NCBI GenBank assembly: GCA_000146045.2
Contig: BK006938.2
Location: 1,152,001-1,216,000 of the forward strand
DNA from: TPA_inf: Saccharomyces
Lineage: Eukaryota
Direction of reading: 5' to 3'
Length of the DNA: 64,000 bases
This document shows positions 22,969 through 34,411 of the stretch, in pieces. The translations under genes were made by a program, and so were the position numbers. The notes beneath the pieces are model-generated. The model was not told where the DNA came from and did no database searches. It was given only the letters and a program-made list of their open reading frames with translations. How positions within the stretch are numbered: the first letter of the stretch is position 1; the number at the start of each line of letters is the position of its first letter.

Positions 22969-23315
22969 CTCGAAAGTGCATTTTATATACGTTCTTTTGT
23001 GACGACTACTTTTGGCGGGAATCTTAGCGCCTTAAATGCAGTGAAAGATTACTCTTTTGAGTTATTGCCTGAATTTTGTCTGCAAAATTGTTATTATTCA
23101 GGAATTTAGAATAATTCAACTCTGGAGGCCTGCGCTGTACTACGGGCTCAAGTAATACCGGAGTGTCTCGACAATCCTAATATAAACAGTCTTAGGGAAG
23201 TAACCAGTTGTCAAAACGGTTTATCAGATTAATTCACGGAATGTTACTTATCCTATATATTATATAAAATATGGATCATACTAAATGGTGGAAGCGCGGA
23301 ACCTTGGATCTAAAC

Positions 23316-23647
23316 TGTTGGAATAAGAATCCACTATCGTCTATCAACTAATAGTTGTACTATCAATATATTATCATATACGGTGTTAAGATGATGACAT
23401 AAGTTATGAGAAGCTGTCATCGAAGTTAGAGGAAGCTGAAGTGCAAGGATTGATAATGTAATAGGATAATGAAACATATAAAACGGAATGAGGAATAATC
23501 GTAATATTAGTATGTAGAAATATAGATTCCATTTAGAGGATTCCAATATCATCGAGGAGAACTTCTAGTATATTCTGTACACCTAATATTATAGCCTTTA
23601 TCAACAATGGAATCCCAACAAGTCTCTCAAAATACACCCATTTCTCA
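23316..23647 (+). repeat. Solo delta LTR of Ty1/Ty2 type, 332 bp, running TGTTGGAATA...ATTTCTCA.
   Basis: Full-length LTR with canonical termini and internal ATGGAATCCCAACAAG (the TYA start lies inside the LTR). No Ty internal sequence follows. Confidence 0.85.
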
Positions 23648-23812
23648 TAAACCAATTGTTCAGGCATTTATACGTTTAGATAGCCCAGCTATAGAAGGCG
23701 GAGTTTTACCTCATGTTGCTCAATCTGTTCGTTTTCTTAGGTTTCATATGTGTTCTATGAACGTTCAGGATAATGTATTGTCATGCTGACGTATCCCATT
23801 CTGAGATGTAAC
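23648..23812 (-). repeat. Truncated sigma (Ty3 LTR) fragment, minus orientation. Its TGTTG end lies about 17 bp upstream of tRNA-Met.
   Basis: The reverse complement reads ...ACGTTACATCTCAGAATGGGATACGTCAGCATGACAATACATTATCCTGAACGTTCATAGAACACATATGAAAC... This aligns to the sigma 5' end as I recall it. The distal part is replaced by the delta at 23316-23647. Confidence 0.55.
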
Positions 23813-23828
23813 GTCTGTACAAAACAAA

Positions 23829-23901
23829 GCTTCAGTAGCTCAGTAGGAAGAGCGTCAGTCTCATAATCTGAAGGTCGAGAGTTCGAACCTCCCCTGGAGC
23901 A
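23829..23901 (+). tRNA. Elongator tRNA-Met, anticodon CAT, 73 nt.
   Basis: GCTTCAGTAGCTCAGTAGGAAGAGCGTCAGTCTCATAATCTGAAGGTCGAGAGTTCGAACCTCCCCTGGAGCA. It has a cloverleaf with A box TAGCTCAGTAGG and B box AGTTCGAACCT. The anticodon loop CTCATAA gives CAT. Confidence 0.95.
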
Positions 23902-23906
23902 TTTTT
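23902..23906 (+). terminator. Pol III terminator T-run (T5) immediately 3' of tRNA-Met.
   Basis: TTTTT directly after the acceptor stem. Confidence 0.7.
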
Positions 23907-24119
23907 GCCGAGCACGGTACTTTTTTTTATTCTCAGTAAATGAAATCCAAGGGCTCATTTATTTGAGAAAGTAAATAAGGTATTAGAGGTAATAAAGTAA
24001 CCATGGGCCAAGAAGACATATTCATAAACTTATGAAAAAACTTTGTAGGTATTAATAACTTATGGGTAAATTACTATCTATGAATGAATATTTACTATTT
24101 ACTAGTGCTCATCTGGATA

Positions 24120-26174
24120 TTAATTTAGACTTTTCAACGTCTCTCTTATAATATTTGTACATTTATTAACATCATCATCATTAAATCTAGGCTTGCCATC
24201 TTCTTCGAACATATCTTCGTCAGTAAACAGGGTGCTATCAGTAGGTTCTTTAATGTTATTATTTTCCACCAATTCCGTCAGTAAAGTTTCGTCAAAGTTT
24301 TTGGGAAACGGCCAGCCTTGGTCTTTTATTATCTGTATCAAAGCCATATGCCTGATTTCAAAGCCCCCGAAGAGTATCTTATTGTACCAGGAGCGTGCTC
24401 CTTTTTCGTCTCTCATTTTGACATAATGCATTACCATTGCAGAACAAAATTTAAACGTTAAAGGCACCCCATTTTTATGCATCACCTGTAGCAATTCTGA
24501 TAGTTCAGCCTGCGTTAATGTATGATTTTTATAGGCTACTATGGAAAAGGGACATAGCGTGGTAGTTAAAACCACTTTTTTGGCGAAAGGTTGAGAATAA
24601 AAATCCAGAAGAACATTGTAGGCCAGCCTTGGTTCACGAGCTTGGAATCTAATATAATTTAGGAAAACATTGAGGATTCCGGTATCATTTCTCCAATACC
24701 TGTATTTATGAGCTTCCTCGGAAAGAAAACTCTTGTACTTGTAATATAAATCAAGAAGACAATTCTTGAATTGACCACTTTCCAGTGAAACAGAACTCGA
24801 AGATAAAAGGCTTCTATACAGTTCAGTTAAAATTGGAACAGTCACTGGTGATCCTATTCGCATTGTGTTCGGTAGAATATTATTTTTGTTCTTCAGCTCT
24901 CTTGCTAACGTAGGAGCTGTCAAAGTCGTTGATTTTGAATGATAGAGCCACCCCCAAATCCCTAGGGCATTCAGAATATTAGCAGACGCCTTTGAGCTGT
25001 ATGATGAGAGGAGATATTTACACACCAATTTCGGGTCACGAAAGGCTTGAAAAGATGCAATTAATTCACCCATTAAAAACTCCTTGAACAATTTATATTT
25101 CATCAGTGGGCTGCTTTGTAAGCAGGAAATTACATTGAAAAGCTCCTCCTGCCTATTAGATATTCGGAGCAGATTCAAGTAGTGGTGAATGGGAAAATTC
25201 AATATGTGTTCGTTTCCATCAATGTGATTAAGCAATCCTGAGCTTACAATGAATTTCAGTTCCTCTTGAAAGGTTTTGATGAATAACTCAACATTTCCAC
25301 TTTTCAAAAGGTAATAAAGTAAGGTATTGTTGAACTTGACATAACGCAGGTTCTTTTGCTTTGCTCCATCTTTACCAGAATAACAGTGCTGTTCCAACTT
25401 CTGTAGTAGAGCTTGAATAAATACTTTAATGAACCTAAAATTTTTCGCCTTAACAAGGCCATTTACTAGAGCGATTAAGCTGTCAAATGTATGCAACTTC
25501 AGAACTTTTTCCATTATAAATTTTATGTTTGTCTCATCATGCAAAAATATTTGGAACGTGGCTAACTGCCTCTCCATCTCAGTTCCTTTTATCAGCCTAT
25601 TGGTAAATCTCGTACAGTAGTTAGAAGTAAAGAGAAGAACATCACTTTTCAAAAGAAAAAGATAGTGATTAAAAGATTCTGATTTTGGAATATGATACCA
25701 GAACCATCTGTGGACCTCACCTGGTAGATAAAATCCAATTTTTCTTGCCACCTCTGGGTATAACTCGTGTTGATGCAAAATGATATCATATAAAAGTTTC
25801 TTCTTTTCATTTTCTGAGCAATTATTTATATGCAGGGCATTTCGTAGAGATTCAAAAAAAGAGGCGTATTCAGTTACTCCAAAAGTCTCACTTAATACAG
25901 TTTTCAATTGTCGGAGCTCGTATAAACGCTTCTGAACATTTTTCGAAGATCCGCTCTTCCTAGAACATGGCACCTGTCGTTCAAAATCGCCAAACTGCAA
26001 AGGTTCTGAACGATTTGATTTAATTTTCAATGGACAGTTTTTCGTAGATAAATGGCGCAGATTTGTAATAGGTAGAATTGTGTATGTCCCTGCGCTACCC
26101 ATATGTTTAAACAGCGGTGAAGTGACCATTTGAGCCAAAGGCTGGGAATAGACACGGCATATACATTTTAACAT
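24120..26174 (-). CDS. ATP22: Mitochondrial translational activator for ATP6, 684 aa.
   Basis: Complete 684 aa ORF with a basic N-terminus. Size and position match ATP22 (YDR350C). Confidence 0.8.
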   Translation of the reverse strand: MLKCICRVYSQPLAQMVTSPLFKHMGSAGTYTILPITNLRHLSTKNCPLKIKSNRSEPLQFGDFERQVPCSRKSGSSKNVQKRLYELRQLKTVLSETFGVTEYASFFESLRNALHINNCSENEKKKLLYDIILHQHELYPEVARKIGFYLPGEVHRWFWYHIPKSESFNHYLFLLKSDVLLFTSNYCTRFTNRLIKGTEMERQLATFQIFLHDETNIKFIMEKVLKLHTFDSLIALVNGLVKAKNFRFIKVFIQALLQKLEQHCYSGKDGAKQKNLRYVKFNNTLLYYLLKSGNVELFIKTFQEELKFIVSSGLLNHIDGNEHILNFPIHHYLNLLRISNRQEELFNVISCLQSSPLMKYKLFKEFLMGELIASFQAFRDPKLVCKYLLSSYSSKASANILNALGIWGWLYHSKSTTLTAPTLARELKNKNNILPNTMRIGSPVTVPILTELYRSLLSSSSVSLESGQFKNCLLDLYYKYKSFLSEEAHKYRYWRNDTGILNVFLNYIRFQAREPRLAYNVLLDFYSQPFAKKVVLTTTLCPFSIVAYKNHTLTQAELSELLQVMHKNGVPLTFKFCSAMVMHYVKMRDEKGARSWYNKILFGGFEIRHMALIQIIKDQGWPFPKNFDETLLTELVENNNIKEPTDSTLFTDEDMFEEDGKPRFNDDDVNKCTNIIRETLKSLN

Positions 26175-26665
26175 GCCAATAAGAACATTAAAGTGAACGC
26201 TTGGAAGATTTGAAAGCCCATTCTTGCCAGTACGCCAATAAAGTGTGTCGCGCAGAATAGATCTTCATGTAATTCCTTTTTCCCTTTTATGCAATCTATA
26301 ATGTTAATCAGCGTAGATCACTATATACGCTTTTTTTTTTTTTTTTCAGCTCCGATTAGAGAGCAAAAGAGATGTAACATCGATCCTGCTATAATTAGAA
26401 TACAAGTGTTGATCTTTAATTGTACTGTTTCTGCGAAAGCTATCGAGCATTTGGCTGTATTCCACTGTCCATTGTATTTTTAACTCTCCTTTTTATCATT
26501 CTGAAACATAGAGCTGTTTTGACAAAATTCAGTTTTTTCTCAATTAGTGCTTTCATTCATACGTTCGTTACAAGCTTTGAATTTTAACTTTATTTTCGGG
26601 CTTCCACCTTTGCTTCATTATTTTACTTCAGCTCTTTAGCTTTCTGTGACATTCAATTTTATTGT

Positions 26666-29260
26666 ATGACAGCACGTCGTTTGATTAATATAGTTCCTAA
26701 TACGTCTAAGCTAGACCCTTTAAAGGAGGAGGACTCAACGCATCTGAAACAAAATCAACCTAAGAAGTTTTCCACAAAGGAGTTGATGCTTTCAGAATAT
26801 ACCGAACGCAAAAGTTGCAGCCTTCCGTTGTCTAAATCCCGATCAGGCAGTAGTGCATCCAGTAGCACTACAGGTTCGAACGGAAAGAATATTGGAACAA
26901 GACGCCCTAGCTCCAACCTAGATTTCAATTTCGCTAGCCAAGATGTTGTTAAAAATGTATTAGGTAATAATAATCCACACGTACCCACAGCGAAGTGCAT
27001 TAGGCCAATATCAGATGATTCTATAGGTACATCGAGCACAGAGATATTTTCTTCATCGCACTCAAATACGACATCTGATTCTTTATGTACATCAGATATA
27101 AGCTCAGAAGAGGGTGAAATAGCAAACAGTAAGATGGAGGATAACTGCTTCTTCAAAAGTATGAGAGAAGCTGACCATAGAAGCAATATTACGCCCTTAA
27201 AGAAAAGCCGACCGGGATCAATACTACAGAAAACACGTACAGCAAGTAGCGCTGATAAAACAATCTGCTCAATGAGTACCATAACTACATGCATTCCATC
27301 TCGTCAAAATTCGGTGTCAACTCCTAAACTCTCCAGGACAGTAGGGCTGCCTGGATCGAGCAATACAACCAACAGTATAGCCGCATCACAAACTTCATTC
27401 ATAAGCGAGAATGACTCTCCTCTTAAACATCATTGCATGAGTACCGCAACTATCCAAGAACCAAAACTCATGCCGATCACAAAAACGCCGTATGTGCATT
27501 CCAATAGTACTTCTGTAATATTACCATATAAAACAACCCAACTTACTCCTTCTCAACGTTACCGTTTAAGGAAAGAGCAAAATGACCAATCTTTGCGTAA
27601 AGCCATAAAAATGAAAGAAAAATTTTATGAAGATCAAGACGTTAACTTGGAACTTCAAGAGGGCGATGTCGACGGCTCGTTAATTTGGAACATTCCAATG
27701 GCATCTTTATCGACCAGTTCTTTTTTAACATTATCTAAGTTTAATAGAAAAGAAATGAGTTTAGATTCAGCGCGGGGGGATGAAGAGATATTAATACAGG
27801 AGAACAATTGCGAAGGCAAACAACACTCATCTTCGGCTCTCTGTGTGGACAAAACTTTCCATCAGGTTCATAGTACTAGAAAACATACATCAAATTCAAG
27901 TAACACTTTAAAAGAATCATGTCTGGACTATAAGGAGCTTCCGCCAACATGCATTCCTGGTATATCTCCTGTGTCTGATTCACAGTACATCCAGGATACA
28001 ATGAAAAATCTCTCCCAAATATACCTGCATAGTTCCGAAAAAATCTCCAAAAGTATTCTTTCTGGTCGTTCAAGATCTGTACAGAGTTTACCACTGGAAT
28101 TTAAAGAAGCCAGTAGTCAGGGAATGGAAGACCTAATGCTAGTTTCAGAGGACAAACTAAAGGCCGTAAGTCATTTCCGTCCGAGTTGGCTCCCGCCCAA
28201 GGATTTCAAAGAGAGGAAATTGCAAGATAAACAAATCTACAAAAATATCGACTTAGCATCAATGGAAGAGTTGCAAAAAAATAAAGAACGTGACGAAAAA
28301 GCCAAAAAGAATGAGCAGAATAAGGTCAAATTCCAGCATTTACTGGACCGAGGCATTACTCGTAACTCGTCATTAAGTGAATTAAAGAAAATTATTTGGG
28401 AAACACCTTTGATATCTAAAGTACGGCTTCAAATATATAGTCAACTTCTACAAAGTGACAATTGCTTGATAACAAAATGTTTTATTGAATCATTTGAGGA
28501 AGTAATGCAGCTACTCAACAAAATGGATTTTCCCAAAGATAAAGAATTTGAAATAAGACAGCTTATTGAACACGATGTACAGGAAAAGGTTTTTTATAAA
28601 AATGGAACAGATAAGCAAGTGGTTTCTGACTTGATGCTATTACTGCAACTGAAATCTATATCTCAACAAGGTTTGGTTACTGGTGATGAGATGCTATTCT
28701 ACCATTTTTTAACTGATCAATCTTTTGGGACTTTGAAGGAAACATGGGAAATGGTCAACTTGATACAGATGACGTGCTTCAGTGAAATTTGCAAGGAAAA
28801 ATACGATTCAAGAATATTAAATCCCAGAGGAATTGTTGCCCATCTTTTACGAAAAGATGAGTTCAAAAATGAATTCAATGGCGGATGTTTGAATAGCAAT
28901 ACATGGTGGAACATATTGCAAAGAATGGACCATAAACTTTTTATGTGGGTAATGGATGTAATTATCGTTCATAATGGCCAAAACTTTGCAAACTACCCCG
29001 TAAAAATGGAAATATTCAAAGACAAAGTATGGGAATACTATAGATCTAAGAAGGTTATTGTAAATTATAAGATTTTGGTTTCACTAACAGTTAACGTATT
29101 GTTAAACTACCACTTCGGATATGATAATCTGAAACATTTATCAGATTTGGATGATAAGCATTTTTGTATTCCACTGTATACGGAGGATAGTATCGAAGAG
29201 GAAAACCTCAATAATATTTTCACAAAGTGGTGGTTGCACTACTACCGAAAATTACGTTAG
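26666..29260 (+). CDS. SBE2: Golgi protein involved in bud growth and cell-wall component transport, 864 aa.
   Basis: Complete 864 aa ORF with a Ser/Thr-rich N-terminal half. Matches SBE2 (YDR351W) by size and order. Confidence 0.8.
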
Positions 29261-29800
29261 CGTGTATGTGGCACGTACTAAAAGTTTGGTGACCAGACTA
29301 TCTCTTCTTAAGTTCATTTTCACTCTGAAACTTATAAATGCATACATACAGAAATTACTTTCGATTAATATAATAATATATTTTTAATAAACAATGAACT
29401 AATGCCCTTATTGTGTTTTGTTATTAACCTTTTCATCACCATTTTTTTTTGCTAGCTTCTACGGCATTCACTTACGTGCTGCAAAATTTCGCAGCATGGA
29501 AGAAATTGTTCGCGAAGAAAAAAGATTTCGCTCAGTGATTTGTAGTGACAATAGGTACCAGTGTTATCACTAAGTATATCTTTTAGTATATCTCTTCGCT
29601 TGAGGAGGGATCAAAAAAAAACAAACGTAAACGTGCACATAAACGTCAAGTACTTTTTGCAGGCATTAATATTCGTCTCCAACAAAGACAAATAAAGAAG
29701 CAATCTTTTCATTACCTTAAGCCAGTATCTATTGATATCAATCGATAAGGTTCGTTGTTATCGGTGCTAAAAATTATAAAGTGAAAATAAGAATCTTTTC

Positions 29801-30754
29801 ATGTCGTGCTCAAACGGCATCTGGCCTACTGTATCTAATTTGTGCGGATCATTATCCTTCTTCACCTCTGTTATTTCATTGTTTCCACAAATAATTGAGA
29901 CTTATCGAGATAAATCTGTCGATGGGCTATCGCCATATTTTTTGCTGGCTTGGTTATGTGGGGATATTACCTCGCTGATAGGGGCAAAGCTAACAGGGCA
30001 ATTGTTATTTCAGATACTTTTAGCAATTTATTTTCTATTGAATGATTCTTTTGTATGTGGTCAATATTATTACTATGGCGTGCTGCATGAAAATAAATTG
30101 GCGACTGTCGGCCATGAGCCTAAACCTCTTCTTCCCGAACTGGTTGAAAATGGTGAGCTTTTGAGGGAGGAAGAGGACATGATACAAGGTGGTAGCAGTG
30201 CAGAAAGCCCTAGAAGCAGTAGAAGAAGGTCTGCCATTACAGCAGCCTTGGCTATAGCTCATACTATAAGTACAGCTAGCGCATATCCGCTAAATGTAGG
30301 CTCCACCCAATCACAAGTGGGGCCTCCCGGAGATGGTAAAAACAGCCAGCTGGGTACAATTTTATCTTGGATTGGCGCTTCCTTCTACGTAGGCGCACGT
30401 ATCCCACAACTAATCAAGAATTACAATAGAAAGTCTACAGACGGCTTATCTCCCTTCCTATTTGCTACTACACTACTCTGCAATATCACGTATAATTTGA
30501 GCATCTTCACAAGCTGTAGATTTTTAGATAATCAGAACAAGAGGGAATTCATCGTGAATGAGTTGCCCTTTATATTTGGAAGTGCTGGAACAATTGCGTT
30601 TGATTTGATATACTTCTACCAATACTATATCCTTTATGCAACTGATATGCAACTACGTGAACTGGAAAGAGAACTATACAGTCCTGAAGAAGACAGTGCA
30701 GCGCAACTAGTGACAGAACGTACATCACTGTTGTCTGGTGAAACGCAAACATAG
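29801..30754 (+). CDS. YPQ2: PQ-loop vacuolar cationic amino-acid transporter, 317 aa.
   Basis: 7-TM protein with two PQ-loop-like repeats (LSPYFLLAWLCGD, LSPFLFATTLLCN). Confidence 0.8.
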   Translation: MSCSNGIWPTVSNLCGSLSFFTSVISLFPQIIETYRDKSVDGLSPYFLLAWLCGDITSLIGAKLTGQLLFQILLAIYFLLNDSFVCGQYYYYGVLHENKLATVGHEPKPLLPELVENGELLREEEDMIQGGSSAESPRSSRRRSAITAALAIAHTISTASAYPLNVGSTQSQVGPPGDGKNSQLGTILSWIGASFYVGARIPQLIKNYNRKSTDGLSPFLFATTLLCNITYNLSIFTSCRFLDNQNKREFIVNELPFIFGSAGTIAFDLIYFYQYYILYATDMQLRELERELYSPEEDSAAQLVTERTSLLSGETQT

Positions 30755-31106
30755 TTTTCCCTACGGAGTACTACCATTTATATTTAAACAATGCACTCTG
30801 CTCTTGGGATAGTCCTTGCGAGACCCTTTTTTCCCAATAGGAATACTACGTTCGTACTCTGTGTAAAAGTACCCAACTATAGTTAGCGCCAGTTTTACGT
30901 AAAACCGTCTATGTCTTGTTTGCATTCGCAACAGCTACAAACACATATAGTTTGTCACACTAATATTAATAATGAAAGTTATTATGTATTCACTGTGAAC
31001 GCTTCAGTATACAGTACGGCAGTAAGTGTTTCATTCTGTTCTGGATTAATAATCTTTCACTTTGCCTAGCCATTTGGGGGCGGGTTTTGGCTGGGTTAGC
31101 TTCTCC

Positions 31107-31113
31107 TTAGTCA
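31107..31113 (+). promoter_or_regulatory. TTAGTCA Yap1-response-element-like motif about 190 bp upstream of TRR1.
   Basis: Exact TTAGTCA. TRR1 is a classic Yap1 target (established knowledge). Identified by motif match only. Confidence 0.45.
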
Positions 31114-31298
31114 TGGAGAAAAAAAATCGCCCGCAAGTATCTCGAAAAAGGAAAAAATGCCCACGCGTATAAGAGTGGACCCAACTGCTCGAGGTTTCAA
31201 GAGCTTGTAGATTAATTTCTGTAGTTCAGTTATACTTGCCTACAAGTGCTATACAGCAAATAGCGAACAGTACGAAAGTAAACATCATATTATCAATA

Positions 31299-32258
31299 AT
31301 GGTTCACAACAAAGTTACTATCATTGGTTCAGGTCCAGCTGCACACACCGCCGCCATCTATTTGGCCAGGGCAGAAATCAAGCCAATCCTATATGAAGGT
31401 ATGATGGCGAACGGTATTGCTGCCGGTGGCCAGCTAACCACCACTACAGAAATCGAAAACTTCCCAGGTTTCCCAGATGGTCTAACAGGTAGCGAACTGA
31501 TGGACAGAATGAGAGAACAATCCACGAAGTTTGGCACTGAAATTATCACGGAAACAGTTTCCAAAGTTGATCTGTCTTCCAAACCATTCAAGCTATGGAC
31601 CGAATTTAACGAAGACGCAGAACCTGTGACGACTGACGCTATAATCTTGGCCACAGGCGCTTCTGCTAAGAGAATGCATTTGCCGGGCGAGGAAACCTAC
31701 TGGCAAAAAGGTATTTCTGCCTGTGCCGTGTGTGATGGTGCCGTCCCCATTTTCAGAAACAAGCCATTGGCCGTCATTGGTGGTGGTGACTCTGCATGTG
31801 AAGAAGCTCAGTTCTTGACCAAGTACGGCTCAAAAGTGTTTATGCTTGTCAGAAAAGACCATTTGCGTGCTTCTACCATTATGCAAAAGCGTGCTGAGAA
31901 GAACGAAAAAATTGAAATCCTTTACAACACTGTTGCGCTAGAAGCTAAGGGGGATGGTAAATTATTGAATGCCTTGAGGATTAAGAACACTAAAAAGAAT
32001 GAAGAAACCGATTTGCCAGTCAGCGGTTTATTTTATGCAATTGGCCACACTCCAGCAACAAAGATTGTCGCTGGCCAAGTCGACACTGATGAAGCGGGCT
32101 ACATTAAAACTGTCCCAGGCAGCTCATTAACCTCCGTTCCAGGATTTTTCGCTGCTGGTGATGTTCAGGATTCTAAATACAGACAAGCTATTACTTCTGC
32201 TGGCTCTGGTTGTATGGCCGCTTTGGATGCTGAGAAATACTTAACTTCCCTAGAATAG
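31299..32258 (+). CDS. TRR1: Cytoplasmic thioredoxin reductase, 319 aa.
   Basis: FAD/NADPH-binding motifs [10 protein letters not shown] and GGGDSA, and the redox-active CAVC motif. The ORF-track ORF starts 21 codons upstream at 31236. The [14 protein letters not shown] start gives the canonical 319 aa. Confidence 0.9.
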
Positions 32259-32581
32259 ATGAATTTTCCATTATAAAATAGATACACTCAAATTTTTGTA
32301 TACTTATCCAACAAATCGTTACTTTCTCCTTTTCTTTAATAAAAAGCAAACCATGAATTTTATTTCTTTTCCCCATTATTAGAGAAAGCCAATACATAAT
32401 CTACATATATTGCGTGTCTGAATTAAACTTTTTAGACACATGACATAGGCCATCGGCTTACTTTGTAACGCGTGGTTGCCTATACACCGACTATTAAGTT
32501 ATGACTAATATTATTGCTGCGCTTCCCCACCTGCATTTTTCTTGTCGTCTTTGCCAAAAGGAAAAAAAAACCTACGCAGAT

Positions 32582-32604
32582 TGACTCTCTAAAAAATGAT
32601 TCAT
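32582..32604 (+). promoter_or_regulatory. Two Gcn4-type elements upstream of TRP4: TGACTC (32582-32587) and ATGATTCAT (32596-32604).
   Basis: Core GCRE motifs lie 150-165 bp upstream of the TRP4 ATG. TRP4 is a general-control target (established knowledge). Confidence 0.55.
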
Positions 32605-32746
32605 GACCAGACAATTCAGTAAACATAAACTCTGTTGCATTCATTCTTCTGGAAAACTTTATAATAAAGCATCTGATATTACAGCTACTGACAACTAAGT
32701 GAATTTAAACTGCAATAATCACAAGAAAACTTAGTATTCCCTTATC

Positions 32747-33889
32747 ATGTCCGAGGCGACTTTGCTATCTTACACCAAGAAATTATTGGCTTCTCCGCCG
32801 CAATTGAGTAGCACAGACCTACACGATGCGTTGCTGGTTATATTAAGTCTTTTGCAAAAATGTGATACAAATAGCGATGAGAGTCTTTCCATCTATACCA
32901 AAGTTTCGAGTTTTCTCACGGCCTTGAGAGTTACTAAACTTGATCACAAGGCTGAATACATTGCGGAAGCTGCAAAGGCTGTGCTCAGACATTCCGACCT
33001 TGTTGATCTACCTTTACCCAAGAAGGACGAATTACACCCGGAAGATGGACCAGTAATCTTAGATATTGTAGGTACTGGTGGTGACGGACAGAATACTTTT
33101 AATGTTTCCACGTCTGCTGCTATCGTTGCCTCCGGAATTCAGGGCCTAAAAATTTGTAAGCACGGTGGTAAAGCTTCTACATCCAATAGTGGAGCTGGTG
33201 ACCTAATTGGAACTTTAGGCTGTGACATGTTCAAGGTTAATTCATCGACAGTGCCCAAACTTTGGCCTGATAATACGTTCATGTTTCTACTTGCTCCTTT
33301 TTTTCATCATGGAATGGGCCACGTTTCTAAGATACGCAAATTTCTTGGAATTCCGACTGTTTTCAACGTACTGGGACCACTTCTACATCCAGTTAGCCAC
33401 GTAAACAAGAGAATATTGGGCGTTTACTCAAAGGAACTTGCGCCTGAATATGCCAAGGCAGCCGCTTTGGTATATCCAGGAAGCGAAACTTTTATAGTTT
33501 GGGGACATGTTGGGTTAGACGAAGTATCACCTATAGGCAAAACTACTGTCTGGCATATTGATCCGACATCGTCCGAACTTAAATTGAAGACCTTCCAATT
33601 AGAACCTTCTATGTTTGGTTTAGAAGAACACGAGTTGTCGAAGTGTGCTTCATACGGCCCTAAAGAGAATGCGAGAATTCTAAAAGAAGAAGTCTTGTCC
33701 GGCAAGTACCACCTTGGCGACAATAATCCTATTTATGACTACATCTTGATGAACACCGCCGTGTTATATTGTTTAAGCCAAGGTCACCAGAACTGGAAGG
33801 AAGGGATCATTAAGGCAGAAGAAAGCATACATTCTGGTAATGCATTACGTTCTTTAGAACACTTTATAGATAGTGTGAGCTCCTTGTAG
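32747..33889 (+). CDS. TRP4: Anthranilate phosphoribosyltransferase, 380 aa.
   Basis: Glycine-rich PRT motif ILDIVGTGGDGQNTFNVSTSAAIVASG, typical of TrpD. Confidence 0.9.
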   Translation: MSEATLLSYTKKLLASPPQLSSTDLHDALLVILSLLQKCDTNSDESLSIYTKVSSFLTALRVTKLDHKAEYIAEAAKAVLRHSDLVDLPLPKKDELHPEDGPVILDIVGTGGDGQNTFNVSTSAAIVASGIQGLKICKHGGKASTSNSGAGDLIGTLGCDMFKVNSSTVPKLWPDNTFMFLLAPFFHHGMGHVSKIRKFLGIPTVFNVLGPLLHPVSHVNKRILGVYSKELAPEYAKAAALVYPGSETFIVWGHVGLDEVSPIGKTTVWHIDPTSSELKLKTFQLEPSMFGLEEHELSKCASYGPKENARILKEEVLSGKYHLGDNNPIYDYILMNTAVLYCLSQGHQNWKEGIIKAEESIHSGNALRSLEHFIDSVSSL

Positions 33890-34066
33890 ACATTATTTCA
33901 TATGTTATACTTAAACTAGATAGAGACGTTTTATTTGTACTAAGCTGAACATTACCCTAATTACGCGTTATAAGTTTTAATCCTTCATTTTGAAGGAAAA
34001 CAAATAAACAAAAAGTTGATGTGGAACAAATACAATGTGCGCGGATATCTTAAGCAACTTCGTTAG

Positions 34067-34411
34067 TTACAGTCCACACAAAGCGAAAAAGGGCTGATAA
34101 ACACTCATGGACGAAGCGTCACATCTCCCAAATGGGAGCTTGAAGAACATGGAATTTACGCCTGTAGGATTTATCAAATCCAAGCGAAACACCACGCAAA
34201 CACAAGTTGTATCGCCTACTAAGGTTCCAAATGCCAATAATGGTGATGAGAACGAAGGCCCTGTTAAGAAAAGGCAGAGAAGAAGCATTGATGATACAAT
34301 TGACTCCACAAGGCTATTTAGTGAAGCTTCACAATTCGATGACAGCTTTCCAGAAATTAAGGCTAACATTCCGCCTAGTCCAAGGTCAGGCAATGTTGAC
34401 AAAAGTCGCAA
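34067..34411 (-). CDS. Small ORF of 114 aa antisense to the SPC110 5' end; probably non-coding (dubious).
   Basis: ORF track only. It overlaps the SPC110 start on the opposite strand and corresponds by position to a dubious annotated ORF (YDR355C) as I recall. Confidence 0.1.

Noticed and set aside
23607-23789. 60 aa ORF starting [15 protein letters not shown] that looked like the start of a truncated Ty element
   Set aside because: It is the TYA initiation codon that every delta LTR carries near its 3' end, reading through into the adjacent sigma fragment. No Ty internal sequence (PBS, Gag core) follows.
26755-27294. 179 aa minus-strand ORF inside SBE2
   Set aside because: Antisense to a well-supported 864 aa gene; Leu/Ser-rich mirror sequence.
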